Part shown: positions 13,200 through 32,435 of the stretch, in pieces
Layout: every line of letters begins with the position of its first letter
Position numbering within the stretch: position 1 is the first letter of the stretch
Assembly (NCBI GenBank): GCA_958009085.1
Contig: OY253678.1
Location: 930,001 to 994,000, forward strand
Reading direction: 5' to 3'
DNA length: 64,000 bases
Source of the DNA: Protoeuglena noctilucae
Lineage: Eukaryota
Translations under genes and position numbers: made by a program
The notes under the pieces: generated by a model
Seen by the model: only the letters and a program-made list of their open reading frames with translations
Told to the model about the DNA's origin: nothing
Database searches by the model: none

Positions 13200-13618
13200 G
13201 TGGTGGGTGTGATGGGGGTGCAGGGGAGGGGATGGGGGGAGAGGGGGAGCGGGGTGGTGTGGTGTGAGTGTGTGTTTGTAATCGAGACCGTCAGCATGAC
13301 TGTGTCTGTGACTGTGGCAGTGACTGCAGTGGTGGCAGTGATGCCGCAGCAAGCGAAGTGTTGAAAAGAGAAAGCGACTTTGCACTTACTTGTTGCTCTG
13401 GCCATTCAACTGCGCGACGCCCGCCGTTGACAACTCCCCATCGCCGCCCCATGCAAAGCAAAGCCGCCTCAGATACACTTATCCATACGCAAACCCATAC
13501 TTATGCCCACACCCATACTCGTATCTCCACATACCCAGCTTAAAGGCACCACCTCAGTACCCCCACCCCCACCCACCCCCACACCGCACCCCCACCCACA
13601 CCCCCACATCTCATCCAA

Positions 13619-16600
13619 TCATCTCAATCCCCCGACCATGCTCCCCTTTGTCCTCTGCGTCGGTCCCTGAGTGAACCCCGGCGGCAGTTTCCGCTTCCCC
13701 CCCGTTTTGCTCCCCGCAGCTGATGGGGTGGGCGTGGGGCGGAGAGAGGGGGTGGGGCCGAGGCTGTCGTCGTCACTGGGAGGGTGGGAGGGAGAGGAAT
13801 GGTGATAGGTGTATGTGGGTGAGTGAGTGAATGAGTGAGGGAGAGGGTGAGTGGGTGAGTGAGATGGATGTTGATATGGGAGATATGTGAAAGAAAACTG
13901 AAGGGGTGAGAAGGGATGCGGATGCTGCAATATCAGCTGAACCCTCAGACCCACCACCCCCACACCCCACCCCACACCCCACCCGCCCCTCACCTATCGA
14001 CCACAATGCTCTCCTTCCTCATCCCCCCCCTCGCCCCCCCGTTCGCCCCACCCTTCCCCACCCCCTTCCCCACCCCCCTCCCCCTCCCCTCGCTCTCACT
14101 GTCCACTTCAATCAAATCCTCATCTCCACTCGACACCTCCTCCACCTCCCCCCCTTTCCCCCACCCGTCAGAATCGTCCGTGTCAGTGCGGTCGTTTGCC
14201 CTACCCCCCGTGGCCTCGTCGGCTGCCGTCTCACGAATGCGGCGCTGGGCGGCGGTGGCCGTGGCTGCGGGGAAAGGGAAAAGGGATCGAATCAGAGGAA
14301 AGGGGCCTTGGATCAGAGCGCAAGCAACAACACTGGGGGCTGATGGCATGTGGTGGTGAATGCACAACAGGTGTATGGCATGCGGGTCGTTAAACCTACC
14401 CACACAGTAAACAGTGACAATTTAGTCACCACCACAACAATCCGAACTCCACCAGCCCCTCACCTCGCTTCGCCCGCCCCCCACCCCCCGCCGCCGCCCC
14501 TGCCCCCTTGCCCCCCTTTGCCGCCCCCCCCGCCCCTTTCCCCTTCGCTGCCCCTGCCCCCGTTTCCTTTTTTCCCTTAGTGCCTTTACTCGCAGCTGCC
14601 TGCGATGCCTGGGTGGATTTGGCACGGCCGCCCTTGGTGCCACCCTTGGCCGTGAATGGGCCGCCTGCAATTGGGGGGTAATAGAGATAGGGTAACTGAC
14701 CAGTAATGCAAATAGTGTTTCATCAACAATATCACGACCATGACAGGCTTGGCAGTGAATGGGCCGCCTGCGATAAGGGGGGGTGGGGTGATGGTAGATA
14801 GACTCATCCATGAGATCATAAAATATCAACTAAACCAACTAATAAACCAACTAATATACAGAGCCAGCCTGTCATGCGCACAATCTGATGAACACCCCAA
14901 GCACCAGCCGCCTCCATCAGATCATCGCTAACGATCATCGCTACCATGACTCACTCCCAACAATCAATCATTCGCTCACTCGCTCCCACCCACTCCCATT
15001 CATCCATTCCCTCACCCGCTGCTTCCATCAAATCGTCGCTCCCCTCATCGTCAAAATCCCCACCACCCCCCACCCCACGCCCCGCCGCCCGCCCCCACCC
15101 ATCCCCATCCCCATCCATATCCACATCCATATGTGAAATAACCGCGTTTGTCGTTGCCTTTGTTTTTCGCGATGTGTGGGTGCGGGCGGGTGCAGAGGGG
15201 GTGGCAGCGGGGGCGGGGGCGGGGGCAATGGATGGGGCGGCGGTGGGGGCGTGGCGACCGCTGACAGCCAGGTTGGCGGCGCGGAGCTGTGGGAAAAAGG
15301 GGCGAGGTGGGAGTCATAACATCGACACATGCAATGCTCGTCATATCCTGCCTGCCATGCACACCTCCCCACATCTCATCTCACCTGCACTGCTGACACT
15401 CTTTCTATCTCCACTATCACTCTCTGTCCCCATCTCATCTATATCCACATCCACATCTCACCTGCACTGCTGCCGTCACCACCTCCCCCACATCCCCCAC
15501 ATCCTGCGCCGCCACTTTGCGAGCTGCCTCCCTCGTCTCCTGCAAACAATGACACAAACATAGCATTATCAGCATTTGTCACTAAAAATGATGTATAGTA
15601 AGTGAATAGCATTACTATCAGTGGGTGGTCAGTTATGTAGACATGAACAGCAGTGGCAGCAACCCACACCCCCACTGCCACCCCCACTGCCACCCCCACT
15701 GCCACCCCCACTGCCACCCCCACTGCCACCCCCACCCAACCCCACGCCCTCTCACCAGCAGCACCCTATCCACGCACACCCAACCCATTCCATACCACCC
15801 ACACACCCATACGCTACCCCCCCTCTCTCACCAGCAGTGCCCTATCCACGCATTCCTGCAGCGCCCCCTTCTCGTCCTTATCCACGAACTCGTGCAACGC
15901 CTGACCCAGGTCCGATTCTGGCAGAATCTCGAGCTTCTTTTGGAGATGCTGGGGGGGGGGGGGGGGGGGACAGGGGGGTTGGCAGGGGTGGTGTTTGGTA
16001 TAATACGAGATGCCACAGTAGACCACAGTGAGTTGAGCTGTGGCAGTGGCACGCACGTGGCTGATGTAATAGTTACCGCGAGACTGCACACAGCCACACC
16101 TGTCCCATCCACAACTGCCATATCATCAACTAATACCAATATCCACTATCCACACCCTCACCTCGGATATCAGCCCTCGATGGTGGCCTGGTTGCAACCC
16201 CATGCTTATAAAATGATAACACCATTATCAACAAACACCCACACACCCCCACCTCGGATATGAGTCTCTCGATGGTGGCCTGGTCCAGTGCCTCGGGCCT
16301 GAGGTTTTCTGGCACCAGCAAATCGCCAGAAGCGCCCTGGGGGGAGCGGGGGTGCGGTCAGCGGGAATCGAAACGGCACACGGATTGTGGTAACAGCACG
16401 GCTCTCGTGAACGCGGCTGCATGCACGTTAGCAGCCGTCTAAGCGATGCAACTATGTGGGTTCTTGGTTATCCCTCACCTGCACCTGCTTCGCCTCCTCT
16501 CTCCCCTATCCACACCAACCCCTATCCACCACCCCAATCCCCCCACCTCTCACCTGCGCCTGTTTCGCCTGTTCTTTCCCCTTCTGCGCTCTTGTCCTCT

Positions 16601-19600
16601 TCTTTGTCCACAGCAGCACATCATGCGGGTTGGCCACTCGATCCACGTAACGCTGGCCGAAGCGCTGGGAGTTGATGGTGGAGAAGCCGGTGTAGTCGAC
16701 GCGCAGGCGGACCAGGGGCTGGGGGTGAGAGGGGTGGGGGGGTGTAAGTTGATGATTGATAGTGGATAGTTGACAGTTGATAGCTGGGAGTTGATGGTGG
16801 AGAAGCCGGTGTAATCCACACGAAGGTGCACGAGGGACTGAGGGTGAGGGATGAGAGGGGCTGGAGTTGATGGTTGATAGTTGATTCTTAATAGTTATAG
16901 TCATACATGTCGATGGTGGAGAAGCAGGTGTAGTCGACGCAAAGACGAACCAGGGGCTGTGACTTATAAGGGGGATTGAGAGGGGGTGAGGGGGTGAGAG
17001 GGGTGGGTGGAGTGAGGGGATGTGAGGGGTGTAGGGGTGAGAGTGAGGGTGGTGGGGGTGGTGAGGGGTGTGGGGGGCGAGGGACAAGGGGTGGAGCGGT
17101 GGGTGAGCGACAGCCCTCACCCTCACTCATCTCTGCTCTCAGATCTCTCACCAGCATGGGCTTCCCGTCCTCCCCCTCCCTCTCCCTCGCCAGTGCCTCC
17201 CCTTTAAGCACCAGGTCGTTTACCCTCCCCGCCAGAAACGCCTCCAGGGACGCGGGGTCGTCGGGGTCGATCTCAATCGCGTCCGCCAGAGTCACCGTGT
17301 CGTAGACGAAGGGCCTGGGTTGGGAAGGGAGGGGGTGGGGGGGAATGATGGTGATGGTACGGTCTCGGAAGGGCGGCAATGTATTGGAGAGTAAGTGATG
17401 CGCCGTGACGATGCAACGCGCTCTGCACGACTGCTTTGTCCAACTGCGCATTTGCAGCGATACCTGTACACCAATCAGTGCCAGTGCCACTCACCTGCAC
17501 GTCTTGAGCTGTATCTTGGTGGCCCGGTAGGCGTCCCCCCCCACCTCCAGCAGCATGCAGTGCTTGGGCTTGGACTCCCCCTCCTGCAAGGCGGTGACCA
17601 CCGTCGACCCCAGCTGGCACACGCGCGTCTCACGGCCCTCGTTGAGCAACTCCAACTCTGGGGATACGGGAATAGAGAGAAGAGGTGACGATCGTGTGTT
17701 ATCAGTGACTCTGACTCTGTGGGTATGGAATAGGAGAGAGTGACGAGAGTGACTGTGACCCCAGCTGGCACACGCGCTTCTCACACCCACCATGACCATT
17801 TCCACCCCACCATGCGTGCTCATTTAACCACCACCCCGTACCCCACTCATTCACCACATCCACACCCCACCCCTTCCCCCCCCCCCCCCCCCCACATTTC
17901 ACCCGGCAGCGACTCGTGCTCGTGCCCCCACAGCACGATATCCAGGAACCCCGGCAGGTACTTCTCCGGCACGAAATTCTTGGCCCCGTACTTCTCCCGA
18001 TTCTGGTGGACCACGAATATCGAGAAGAAATCGTCGGGACCGTACCCGGGCCCCGCGTCGCACCGCTGCCAGAACACGGTGTCAGGCGCCTGAAACGCCC
18101 GGCAAAGGCGCTCGTCGCGCATGTAGCCCAGACCGTAGAGGGCGAGGCGGGTGATGCCCTTTTCGATGAGCACGGGGGTGATGTCGATGCGGCCCTGGCC
18201 GGTGCCCTGGTGAGACGTCTGGGGGGGGGGGGGGGGGTGGAGGGTGGGGGTTAGAGGTGGGGTGTGCATAAGCGATGAAGGGAGTGGCAGTGGCTGGGGT
18301 TGCTACGGTAGCTGTGGCGACTGCGCTGTGACATGGCATGACTGCTGCATAAGCTTCACTAGCAGTGCATGGTCATAATTAGGCACGGGAACAAAGCAAC
18401 CGTGGGTATAATCTGTCCCCATCGTGTCCTCTCGCCTTCCCGAAGTAGTTGACGAGGTTGCACGCGGCGAGGATGTCGATGGCGGAGAGGTTCTCCTCGC
18501 CTGTGGAACGATGAGAGAGCCGGGGTGCGATTGCGATTGGGGTGGCACGCACGACCGATGCACGCTCATTCAGCCACGGCGCATGTGATTGCATGTAACG
18601 CTGAGCTGCGCATCAGACACAAACCCAACCCAATCAGCCAATGGCACATGTCACCAAATCACACACATGGCCCAACAGCCAGTACTGGCAAGCAAGCATG
18701 TTCTGTCAACACACCGGATGGGTCATCGTGGTTTCCGTGAACGGTGAAGACGGGGAGGCCCACGTTGACGCAGGGATCGGTGAGGTTGACCGCGCCGTCA
18801 GCCGTCTGCGGGGGAAGCCAACGCCGGGCGCATGTCTCAGCGTCAGCAGTTGGTCAAAACACTCGCAACCCAAGCGCGCGTCCCCTGGCCCGTGCCGCTG
18901 GCGCCGCGGTCTGCGTTTACCGTCCGCTGGCGCATTCCTCATACACATAACGTCTCATTCACAATAAATCTCTCGCCTGGAAGGGCCGGGCCGCGTTGTT
19001 GAGGACGCGGAAGGACACGGGCCGGTCCCCGAGGGTGTACTTGCGGAGGATCTGGATGGCCTTGACCATCGTGTCCCGCGACGGCTTGTTCTCGTGGAAT
19101 ATATCACCACCTGCGAGCCGGAAAGGCGCAGACGCCAGTCGCCGCGGCACGGGAAGCTGCGTGCTCTGGGTGCGCCCGCCCGCGCACGCGGATCGACCAC
19201 TTGCAGGGCGGTTATCATGCACGACGCTACGCTTTACATCATACTTAGCGTGAATCTGTCCGAACCCCGCCGTTGGCCTCACCGAGGAGCACGAGGTCGA
19301 CCTCCTTCTCCTGGGCCAGCTTAAACACCTCCTCGAAGGTCCGGAACGAGTCGTTCTTGCGAATCGGACATTTCTCCCAAACTCCCTGCGAGCTCGCGCG
19401 AAGGACGCGCCTCGGGCGAGGCGCGCGGCGGCCCGGTGGCCCGGCAACGCTGTGCGCAGCGCGGTGGCGATGGGATCGCGGCGCGGATGTGGTGCGGACT
19501 GCCAGCGATTCCTCATAACTGACACACGTCTCAAGTGACAGCGGAGCGCGTGGCACGGCCCCCAAGTGCGCCTTTCCGTTACAAAAGGGTCGCCAAGCTC

Positions 19601-19703
19601 ACCAGGTGGTTGTCGGTGGCGAGGAGGATCTTCAGGACGTTGTCGGGCCTGCGGAGGGGCAGATATAGATGAACGTGAGACGCTCACAAAGCAACACGGC
19701 CAT
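13619..19703 (-). CDS. MRE11: Double-strand break repair nuclease MRE11 (multi-exon; start approximate)
   Basis: KILLATDNHLG, DLVLLGGDIFHENKPSR, PVFTVHGNHDDPSG, LALYGLGYMRDERL, VHQNR, WGHEHE, QLGSTVVTALQEGESKPKH, PLVRLRVDYTGF..NSQRFGQRYVDRVAN. Confidence 0.96.
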
Positions 19704-20138
19704 TTGCGCACTCTAGCGTCACCGCGCGAGCTCACTCGGGCGTCCCCCGCATTGCGCCCCCGCTTGCTGCCACGGGCGACCTTGAGGGGTGTCAGTCAAT
19801 CGCCGCGCGTGCTGTTTCAATCGAAGCACAGCGTTTTGGCTCCCGGGGGTCGAAGGCGTCGCTATACGACGAGCGACACAGCCAGTGCCCTGCGCCGGAC
19901 GTCAGACTGTCGCCTTCCGCCTTCCCGCGACGGGGCGCGCTGCAAAGCTGCGTCTGGAGAACCTCTGAATGCTATCTCTGTGTTTGTCGGCCTCTCTACC
20001 GATCCCAGCACCCTTTTCTCCCCACGCATCTCCCCTTCTCGCGCTGCGCGGGATCACTGGGCACGCACAGTGGCTGCCGTCGCGCGGTACGTCCATACCT
20101 AGGGTCGCGGGCCGGGAGACGAGGGAATACTTCCGAGG

Positions 20139-21507
20139 ATGGCCATCGACGAGGACCATGAGCTCGAGCACGGCATCTTTGACGCCATCGTGGAGGGGTT
20201 CGACACGCGAGTGCTTTGCTCCGCGTATTATGTCCAGAAGCAAACCATTGCTTGCGCTGCATCGGCATGGGATGTTCGCGTGATCCCGGGACGGCCCGCA
20301 CATGTGCCCGCGCTGCGCGTCGCCGGGCGTCGCCGACCGCGCGCGCCCCCTCCCGCCGCGCAGATATGAGGACTATTTGGACAGTCAGATTACCAAGATC
20401 GACTTGTTCTACCTCGAAGACATCGAGCTCGCGCGGCAGCTGGTCGAGCTCGGGTATAGGTGCGTGGGCGCCGCGTTGGGCGCGCTTGGGGACGACGCGG
20501 CCTTGTCATCGCACAGATATGCGCATATACATCCTCTGAGATCCCACCACAAGCCTGCAAACGGCTGGAGCGAGGCGTTGACAGCTTGCGCACTGGTCGT
20601 CCACTCCGCAGGGGGAGCGGGGAGATCCTGAAGCGCGAGGAGTTCGAGCAGCGGAAGCAGATGGCAGAGTTGGCCAAGCGGGAGCGGTACAGCCGGCGCC
20701 CGCGCGTCCTGGTGTCGCAGGGGAAGAGCGTCGACCACAGCCCTTTCCTGAAGGCGCTGGCGATGAGGTGCATGGCCGACGAAGCTCCCATGGAATGCTT
20801 TGCGATGCCCTTTGGTACTGTCCAAGCGCGGGGGTGCATGCGATGTGACGCGGAGACTGCTGGATGATGTTCTGAGCAGCAAAGACCGCCTTTGCCCCCC
20901 ACACACTGCGCAGGGAAGAGGCGGTGATGAACGGGAAGCTCACGACGATCATCTTCATTCGCGACCGCAACAGCCGCGGGATGGAGATCTCCGGCTACAT
21001 CGACTTCGGCCACCGCTTGCGCACCGAGAACCTGGCGCCCGTTTTCGACGGGAAGAAGCGATTGATGCCCAAGCCGAGCGACCTCAGTTACTATAACTGG
21101 GAGACGAAGGTGAGGAGGGGGGAGCTGCGGCGCAGGGTGGCCGGGCTGGGCCGCGCTGCATAAAACTTCGCGCACCCATCGCCTACTCGCAGCTCAGCTC
21201 CTTCAACCACACGCCCAACTTCCAAGTGGTCGCGGACCCGGAGCAGGGCTTGCTTTTCAAGAACAAGCGCGACCGCAAGATCATCAACGTCGACCCCAAC
21301 TCTCCCCCGGGCGACAACAGCAAGCGCATCACCATCGACACCACCGAGTACCTCCAGGCGAGCGGTTTGATAGTAAGCTGTTATGTGCGACAATGAATAA
21401 TTGTGTGTTGTTCTTAGTAGAACTGAAAATATACTCCAAATTCGTGCTTTCCCTTCGCTCTGTCGCAGGTGGTCTTGTACGACCACGTCACGCGGCGCCG
21501 GGGATGA
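20139..21507 (+). CDS. CFAP299: Cilia- and flagella-associated protein 299 homolog
   Basis: Six exons: [103 protein letters not shown]. Confidence 0.9.
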
Positions 21508-22121
21508 AGGGCCGTGGTGTTTTGGGTGCTGGTGCTCCCTGCGGTTGCTGCGGTTATCGATCTCTGGGCTCTCTGGGCTGCCTCTGTGCAATTGGCGCTG
21601 CGGAGTTGCGTGTCTATCTGAAGGGGGCGTGTTCTCGCGAGATGCTGGTGCTGTCGTGAAGCCCGCTGGTTGATCTCCACATCCCGTCCATCGCACGACT
21701 TCAAACGCTATTCGCTAGTGCACGGCCCGCGCCGACTTTCTTGCGCACACCAGCACGCTCAGATGCACGACGCGGCACCGTGTTTGCAGCATTGCCGGGT
21801 CAGTCATGGCCTTTGCAGCAGCAGCATTGCTCATGAGGCATCGCCTTTGCAGCATCGCCGGGTCAGGTTTGGCGTCCCCCTACTTTCCCAGCACACAGCA
21901 GGGAGCGAAACGACGGGGTAACGCGGGGATCAGAGCACGGGTAAAGCGATGAGGGGGTCGCAACAACAATCGAACCACCACCACCACCAACCATCACATC
22001 CTCGCACATCGTCCCTTCCCACCACCATCACCCCTCACCACCACTACTACCACCACCACCACCCACCCCTCCCCACCACCACCCCCTCACCACCACCATC
22101 ACCACCCCTCCCCACCACCCC

Positions 22122-27558
<5,437 letters not shown>

Positions 27559-28146
27559 AACGGCGTGCGCAGCGCGACCCGCCCGCCGCGGCGGGGGACG
27601 GTCAAGTTCCCGCCCTTCGCAGGACCCCACCGCTCCGTGAGGCCGCTACGGGGCTCGACGAGCGCGTCGATGACTCTGAAAGCCTCACAGGTGTTGCAAG
27701 GATTACAGGTATAAGCAAATGAGACGCTCGCTGGAGGCGCTGACCTGGGCGGAGAGTGCGCACAGCGGACATTGGCGGCACCGGCACTCTGCCTTCCTCT
27801 CGGCTCCGCAAGCGTGACCGTCGGTGCAAGTTGTCGCCCTCTCCTGCGCCGAAGCCTGCATGGGTCGGCACCGGCCGAAAGAGTGGCTCCAGATCTTTTG
27901 GGAGGCGCAGGGCGACTCGTGGGGTCCTGGGCACCGATGAGCAACTCTGCGGCGCGAATGATGGACGCGACAACGGATTCGCTGGACTATATGCACCGGG
28001 CTGTCCTCGGGCAACTGGCTACGCGAGCGCCAGTCTGGCCGAAGCAAAGAACTTTGCGGATGGCTGCGCGCCTCCGCTGCATGTAGTCAGAGCCAAACCC
28101 TTTGCGAAAGAGGTGGTCATCGCTTGCCGGCGGAGTGGGCGGAGTC

Positions 28147-29008
28147 ATGGCGCTGCACAACGCAGCTGCGCGGGAGCTGTGCTCCCCCAGCAGCCCGTCA
28201 TCGGCGACGCCTCTGTCGTCCACTCGCCGTCTTTGGTCTCAGGGGGCACTCGTCCGACCCGCGCCGAGGAGATCCAGGGGTGAGATGCCACGGATGCAAC
28301 GGATGATGACATCCATCCTCCCGAGCCCAGCCTCTGAGGCTCCACCGCGCCGTTAGCAGGAAGCTTTGAGAGCGAACTATCCATCGGTGACAAAGCGGAC
28401 GGCCATCGCTTCCCCTCGTCCCCGCCGCAGTGTCCGTGGCCGCGCTGGGGGATGCCGCCGTGCTTGCCGCCACGCAACAAGGCGTGGCGTTCATCCTGTG
28501 GACTGCCGCCGAGACCGCGGTAGCGTTATCTGGTGAATGCGCTGCCCGCGCCGACTCGTTGCGCAACAACATGGGCGCTGATGCATCGTCTCATCGTGCA
28601 CTTCGTGCCAACCCGCAGACAGCACTGTCACGTCTAAGGAGGGCCGTCCCGAGGTGGTCAAGCAGGCAGTGGGTGCCGGCGCAGTGGGCCTCGCCACGGT
28701 GAGTCCTGAGATTTTGATGTGCCGTGCCTCGCTGCCGCGTGAGCGGCGTCGGCCGACCCATCTGAGCGTTCCGTGCCCTTCCCTCGCCGCAGGCTTTCCT
28801 GCAATTCGCGCCCCTCCAGCTCCCCGGTTGCATCCTGGGGATCCTCAGCTCCGGCGTCCTCATGTCGGATGCGGTGCAGCGGGTGCAGAAAGTGGGCGGG
28901 GACGCGAGGGAGTTCCCCGGTCCCAAGGCGTGGCCGGCGGGCAGCGCGCTGATCGATTTCTTCATGCTCAACGTCTTCTTCCAGGCCGCTAGGGAGCTGC
29001 TCGCATGA
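28147..29008 (+). CDS. Small multi-pass membrane protein with transit-peptide-like N-terminus, function unknown
   Basis: Four exons splice in frame: S/R-rich leader, AVLAATQQGVAFILWTAAE, QAVGAGAVGLATAFLQF..GCILGILSSGVL, FPGPKAWPAGSALIDFFMLNVFF. Confidence 0.65.
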
Positions 29009-29065
29009 GGCACAGCTCACGCCGCTGGGGAGTTGCCGCCGTGGGGGTGCTGCTGCTTAGACAGG

Positions 29066-30032
29066 TCATGCCCGCCGGGACTTCTTGGGCGGCTTGATGA
29101 CGAGGCGATAGACGAGGAAGGACACGATCAGGAGGGCGGCTGCGGCGGGCGGACAGGGAGGGACGGGTCGGGTCACATGCGTGAGCACTGGGCGGGGCCT
29201 GCGTCGTCCCCCCGGGGTCCAGCGGGCCTTTCCGCCGCGTGGGATAGCACAGCGATGAAGCGAAAAACGCAAGCGCCGGGTTTGATCCAAAACCCTCAGG
29301 CACTGCCGCAGCTCCGCGGCGGAATCTGCCGGTCGAGATCTCACCGGCGCTGGGAGGTGCCAGCAGCATCCCCGCGCTCTGGGGGTCCTCCATGACGGCG
29401 TAGTAGCCCTTGACGCCGGAGTAGATGAGGACGCCGGTAAACAGGGCCATCTTGCGCGCACGAACGAGGGGCTTTGGCATGCAACATGGATCCAGGGCCA
29501 GGCAGCCGAGGACGCGACCCGACCGGACAGGCCCCATCTAGATGGCAAATGCATCATTCCGCAGACCTTCCAGCCGCTCCGCGCGGGCTGAGGTGCGGTC
29601 CTCGCGGCCAGGGATGCCGCGCATCACACGTAGCAACTGCTTTCCTCTCCTCTCGCACAATCACGCAGGCGCCACTCACGATCCCATAGCTACCGAGAAC
29701 GGTTGAGAGCGTCAGACCCTCCGGCTCTGTCCCTCCGTTGAACATCTCGGCCATTCGCTCAGCTCTGTTGTCCCGCGCTGCACCCTTGGCGTCATCGGCA
29801 GCACGGGGCACCCCTGCGGGTGGCGAGGGAGGCAGCAGGAAGACCATGGCGAATAGAAGACATCGCTGCAAGCGTCTCGCAGCGCGCAATCGCGGCCCTC
29901 ACCAAGTCGCCCTCGGCTCGAGAACCGGGGAACGAGTCCCGCGACCGATGCCCTGCTGCCGGCGATGTACGTCACGCGCACGGCGGAGCGGGGGGCCACG
30001 GAAGCGCACCCCGCGCACCGGCTCGCTGCCAT
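29066..30032 (-). CDS. Small two-TM protein with transit-peptide-like N-terminus, function unknown
   Basis: MAASRCAG..RGRL/GVPRAADD..STVLGSYGI/MALFTGVLIYSGVKGYY..LLAPPSA/ALLIVSFLVYRLVIKPPKK; intron phases compatible. Confidence 0.6.
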
Positions 30033-30501
30033 TTCTTCTTCCCCCGTATCTGGTCTCGTAGCACCGCGCAGCGGACCCCCTGCAGGTCCCACGGCCTATC
30101 TGCGATCGGATTTGACGGTCGACGATGCTCCGGGGGCCTTTCAAAGAGCTGCTGGCGTTGCCAGACACGGGGCGCTTTGACCTGATCAGAGACGCTATAA
30201 AGCCTCCTGACGCACCCACAGCGACTGGAGATGTCGACGATTGGCGCTTGGACCTGATCACGAGCGACCCCGTCAGCCTGAGCCGCTGTTTCGGCCCGCA
30301 CCTTCCGACCACTCTCATCAGAGTGTTGTCGCCCCAGCCTCGGGCCCTCCGTCCTCGCGTGCCCGGGACGGAAGAGACATACTTTGTCCCGCTTGCAAGC
30401 GGATAGAAGCGGGCCTAGTTAGTCACTGGTGCGCGCCATCCAGAGTCCGGAAGCGTCACGTGCAACGTCTCCGATTATACTAGTCGCCGAGGGCATTGAC
30501 G

Positions 30502-31613
30502 ATGAATGGGCACACGCGACGCTTCGAGAACAAGGTCGCCGTCGTCACGGCGTCAACCGCTGGCATCGGCCTGTCCATCGCCGAGCGGCTCGGCCTCGAG
30601 GGCGCGGAGGTCGTCGTGTGCTCGCGACGGCAAGCGAATGTCGAGGCCGCGGGTGAGACACCGTTTTAGAAGACTCCACGAGCGCTACGACAACGGCGAT
30701 GTCCTGCGCCCCCGGAGCCCGCAAGCGACGCATACGCCCTTAACCCTTAAACACCGTACATATTCTCGCGTTTATATACATATATACTCGCGTACATATA
30801 CACCGTCTCGCGTATATATACCGTCCAACTCGCAGTCAAGGCGCTCCAGGCCAAGGGAATCAAGTGCGGGGGCATGGCGTGCCACGTCGGCAAGGCGTCG
30901 GACGTGGCGGCGCTGCTCAAGCACGTCATGGAGGCGCACGGCCGGGTGGACGTGCTCGTGTCCAACGCCGCTGCCAACCCCGAAGCCGAGCCGGTGCTGT
31001 CCATATCCGACAGGGCCATTGGTGAGCCTACACACCATGCCGACGCGTCATGCGTCATTACCCAGACTACTGCGATGCCAACCACGACGTGCCCCCTACA
31101 TCTTGGCAGGGTAGCGGCGCCCGGGGTAGAAGAGGACGACTTCTTTTGCCCCCATTCAAATTTTTTTGCCCCCTCGTGCCTCCAGACAAGCTACTCGAGG
31201 TCAACGTCAAGGCAGCCGTATCGCTGGTGCAAGCCTTCGCGCCCCTGATCCCCTCCGGCGGCAGCGTGCTGCTGGTATCGTCCGTGACGGCCTTCGCCCC
31301 CGCAGCCCCGGTGGCGATGTATGCAGTGTCAAAGACGGCACTGCTGGGCCTCACTAAGGCGCTCGCCGCGGAGCTCGGGTCCCGCTCGGTGCGCGTCAAC
31401 TGCCTGTGCCCGGGCATCGTGCCCACGAAGCTCAGCGAGGCCCTCATCGCGGACGCGGGGGACCGGGCACGCCTCGAGCAAAGCACGTGCCTCGGCCGGC
31501 TGGGGAGGCCCGAGGAGGTCGCCGCGTGCGCCGCCTTCCTCTGCAGCGACGACGCCAGCTACGTGACGGGGGAGAACCTCGTGGTGTCGGGGGGCATGCA
31601 GAGCCGGTTGTGA
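30502..31613 (+). CDS. Peroxisomal short-chain dehydrogenase/reductase (DHRS4/SDRa-like)
   Basis: [20 protein letters not shown], catalytic [22 protein letters not shown]-terminal SRL (PTS1); three exons. Confidence 0.93.
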
Positions 31614-31685
31614 CCGCAGCGGTTGAAGGGAAGCTGCTCGACCATTCAAGGGCTGGCCGCGGGCGCGCCGGCTGCTCGCACGGTT

Positions 31686-32435
31686 CTACTGCACACGGGC
31701 CACCACCTCGACGACGGGGCTGGGAAGGATGGGCTCCCCGCGCAGCAGGGTGGGGCCGGGCAGAGGCTGGAATACATACGAGGCCAGCTGCAGCTGGCCG
31801 CTCGCCCCGCCCTCGCACGACAGCGTCGCCGCGAACTGGAGCTTCACGTTCATCCCGGCGACGACTTGCTGGCAGGCGGAGGTGACGCGGTCGACCGTCG
31901 CTGAGGACACAGAGCCCGGGCAAAGGTCGGGCACGCTGCGCTCGACGCCCGAAAGCCACGTGTCAAGCGCGGCGTTCGCGTAGCGCACGTAGGTCTCCTT
32001 GTCGCTCTGCAGCTGCTCCTCGCTGCGGGCGCGGCGCGGCGCGGCAGGCTCCCTCTCGCCCCGCGTGGCAACCTTGCATCCGGCCACGGGGCCGCGTTCA
32101 CACCTGACCGGCCGGAACCCACCCACGAACCCATGTGGCTGGGACGTCGGACACGGGGTTGCGAGCGCGTTGAGCAGCTGAGATTGCTGCTGCGACTGCA
32201 TGCCCTCGGGAGCTTGACCGAACACTGCAGGCACGGACGCAGACCATTGACCGCGCGCCCGGACCCGCAGTCAGCAAACGTGCATGATAACCAGGCGATA
32301 GAAAACGGCACGAAGCTTTCCGAGGCCCCTCTGCGCCGTGGAGCGCGGACCTGGCTGCACGAGGGTCCCAGCGGCGCTTGCGGGCGACGGCGTCAGCGTC
32401 ATGGCTGCCAGCGCGACTAGAAGCAGCCTTAGCAT
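31686..32435 (-). CDS. Secreted cystatin-like protein
   Basis: Signal-peptide-like MLRLLLVALAAMTL, GFVGG, QQVVAG (QxVxG) and VFQPLP second loop. Confidence 0.65.

Noticed and set aside
1..19703. CMT, SET and MRE11 as a functional chromatin cluster
   Set aside because: Interspersed with unrelated genes; no evidence of co-regulation.
30125..30406. 93-aa ORF upstream of the SDR
   Set aside because: Non-ATG start, lies in a divergent promoter region, no family motif.
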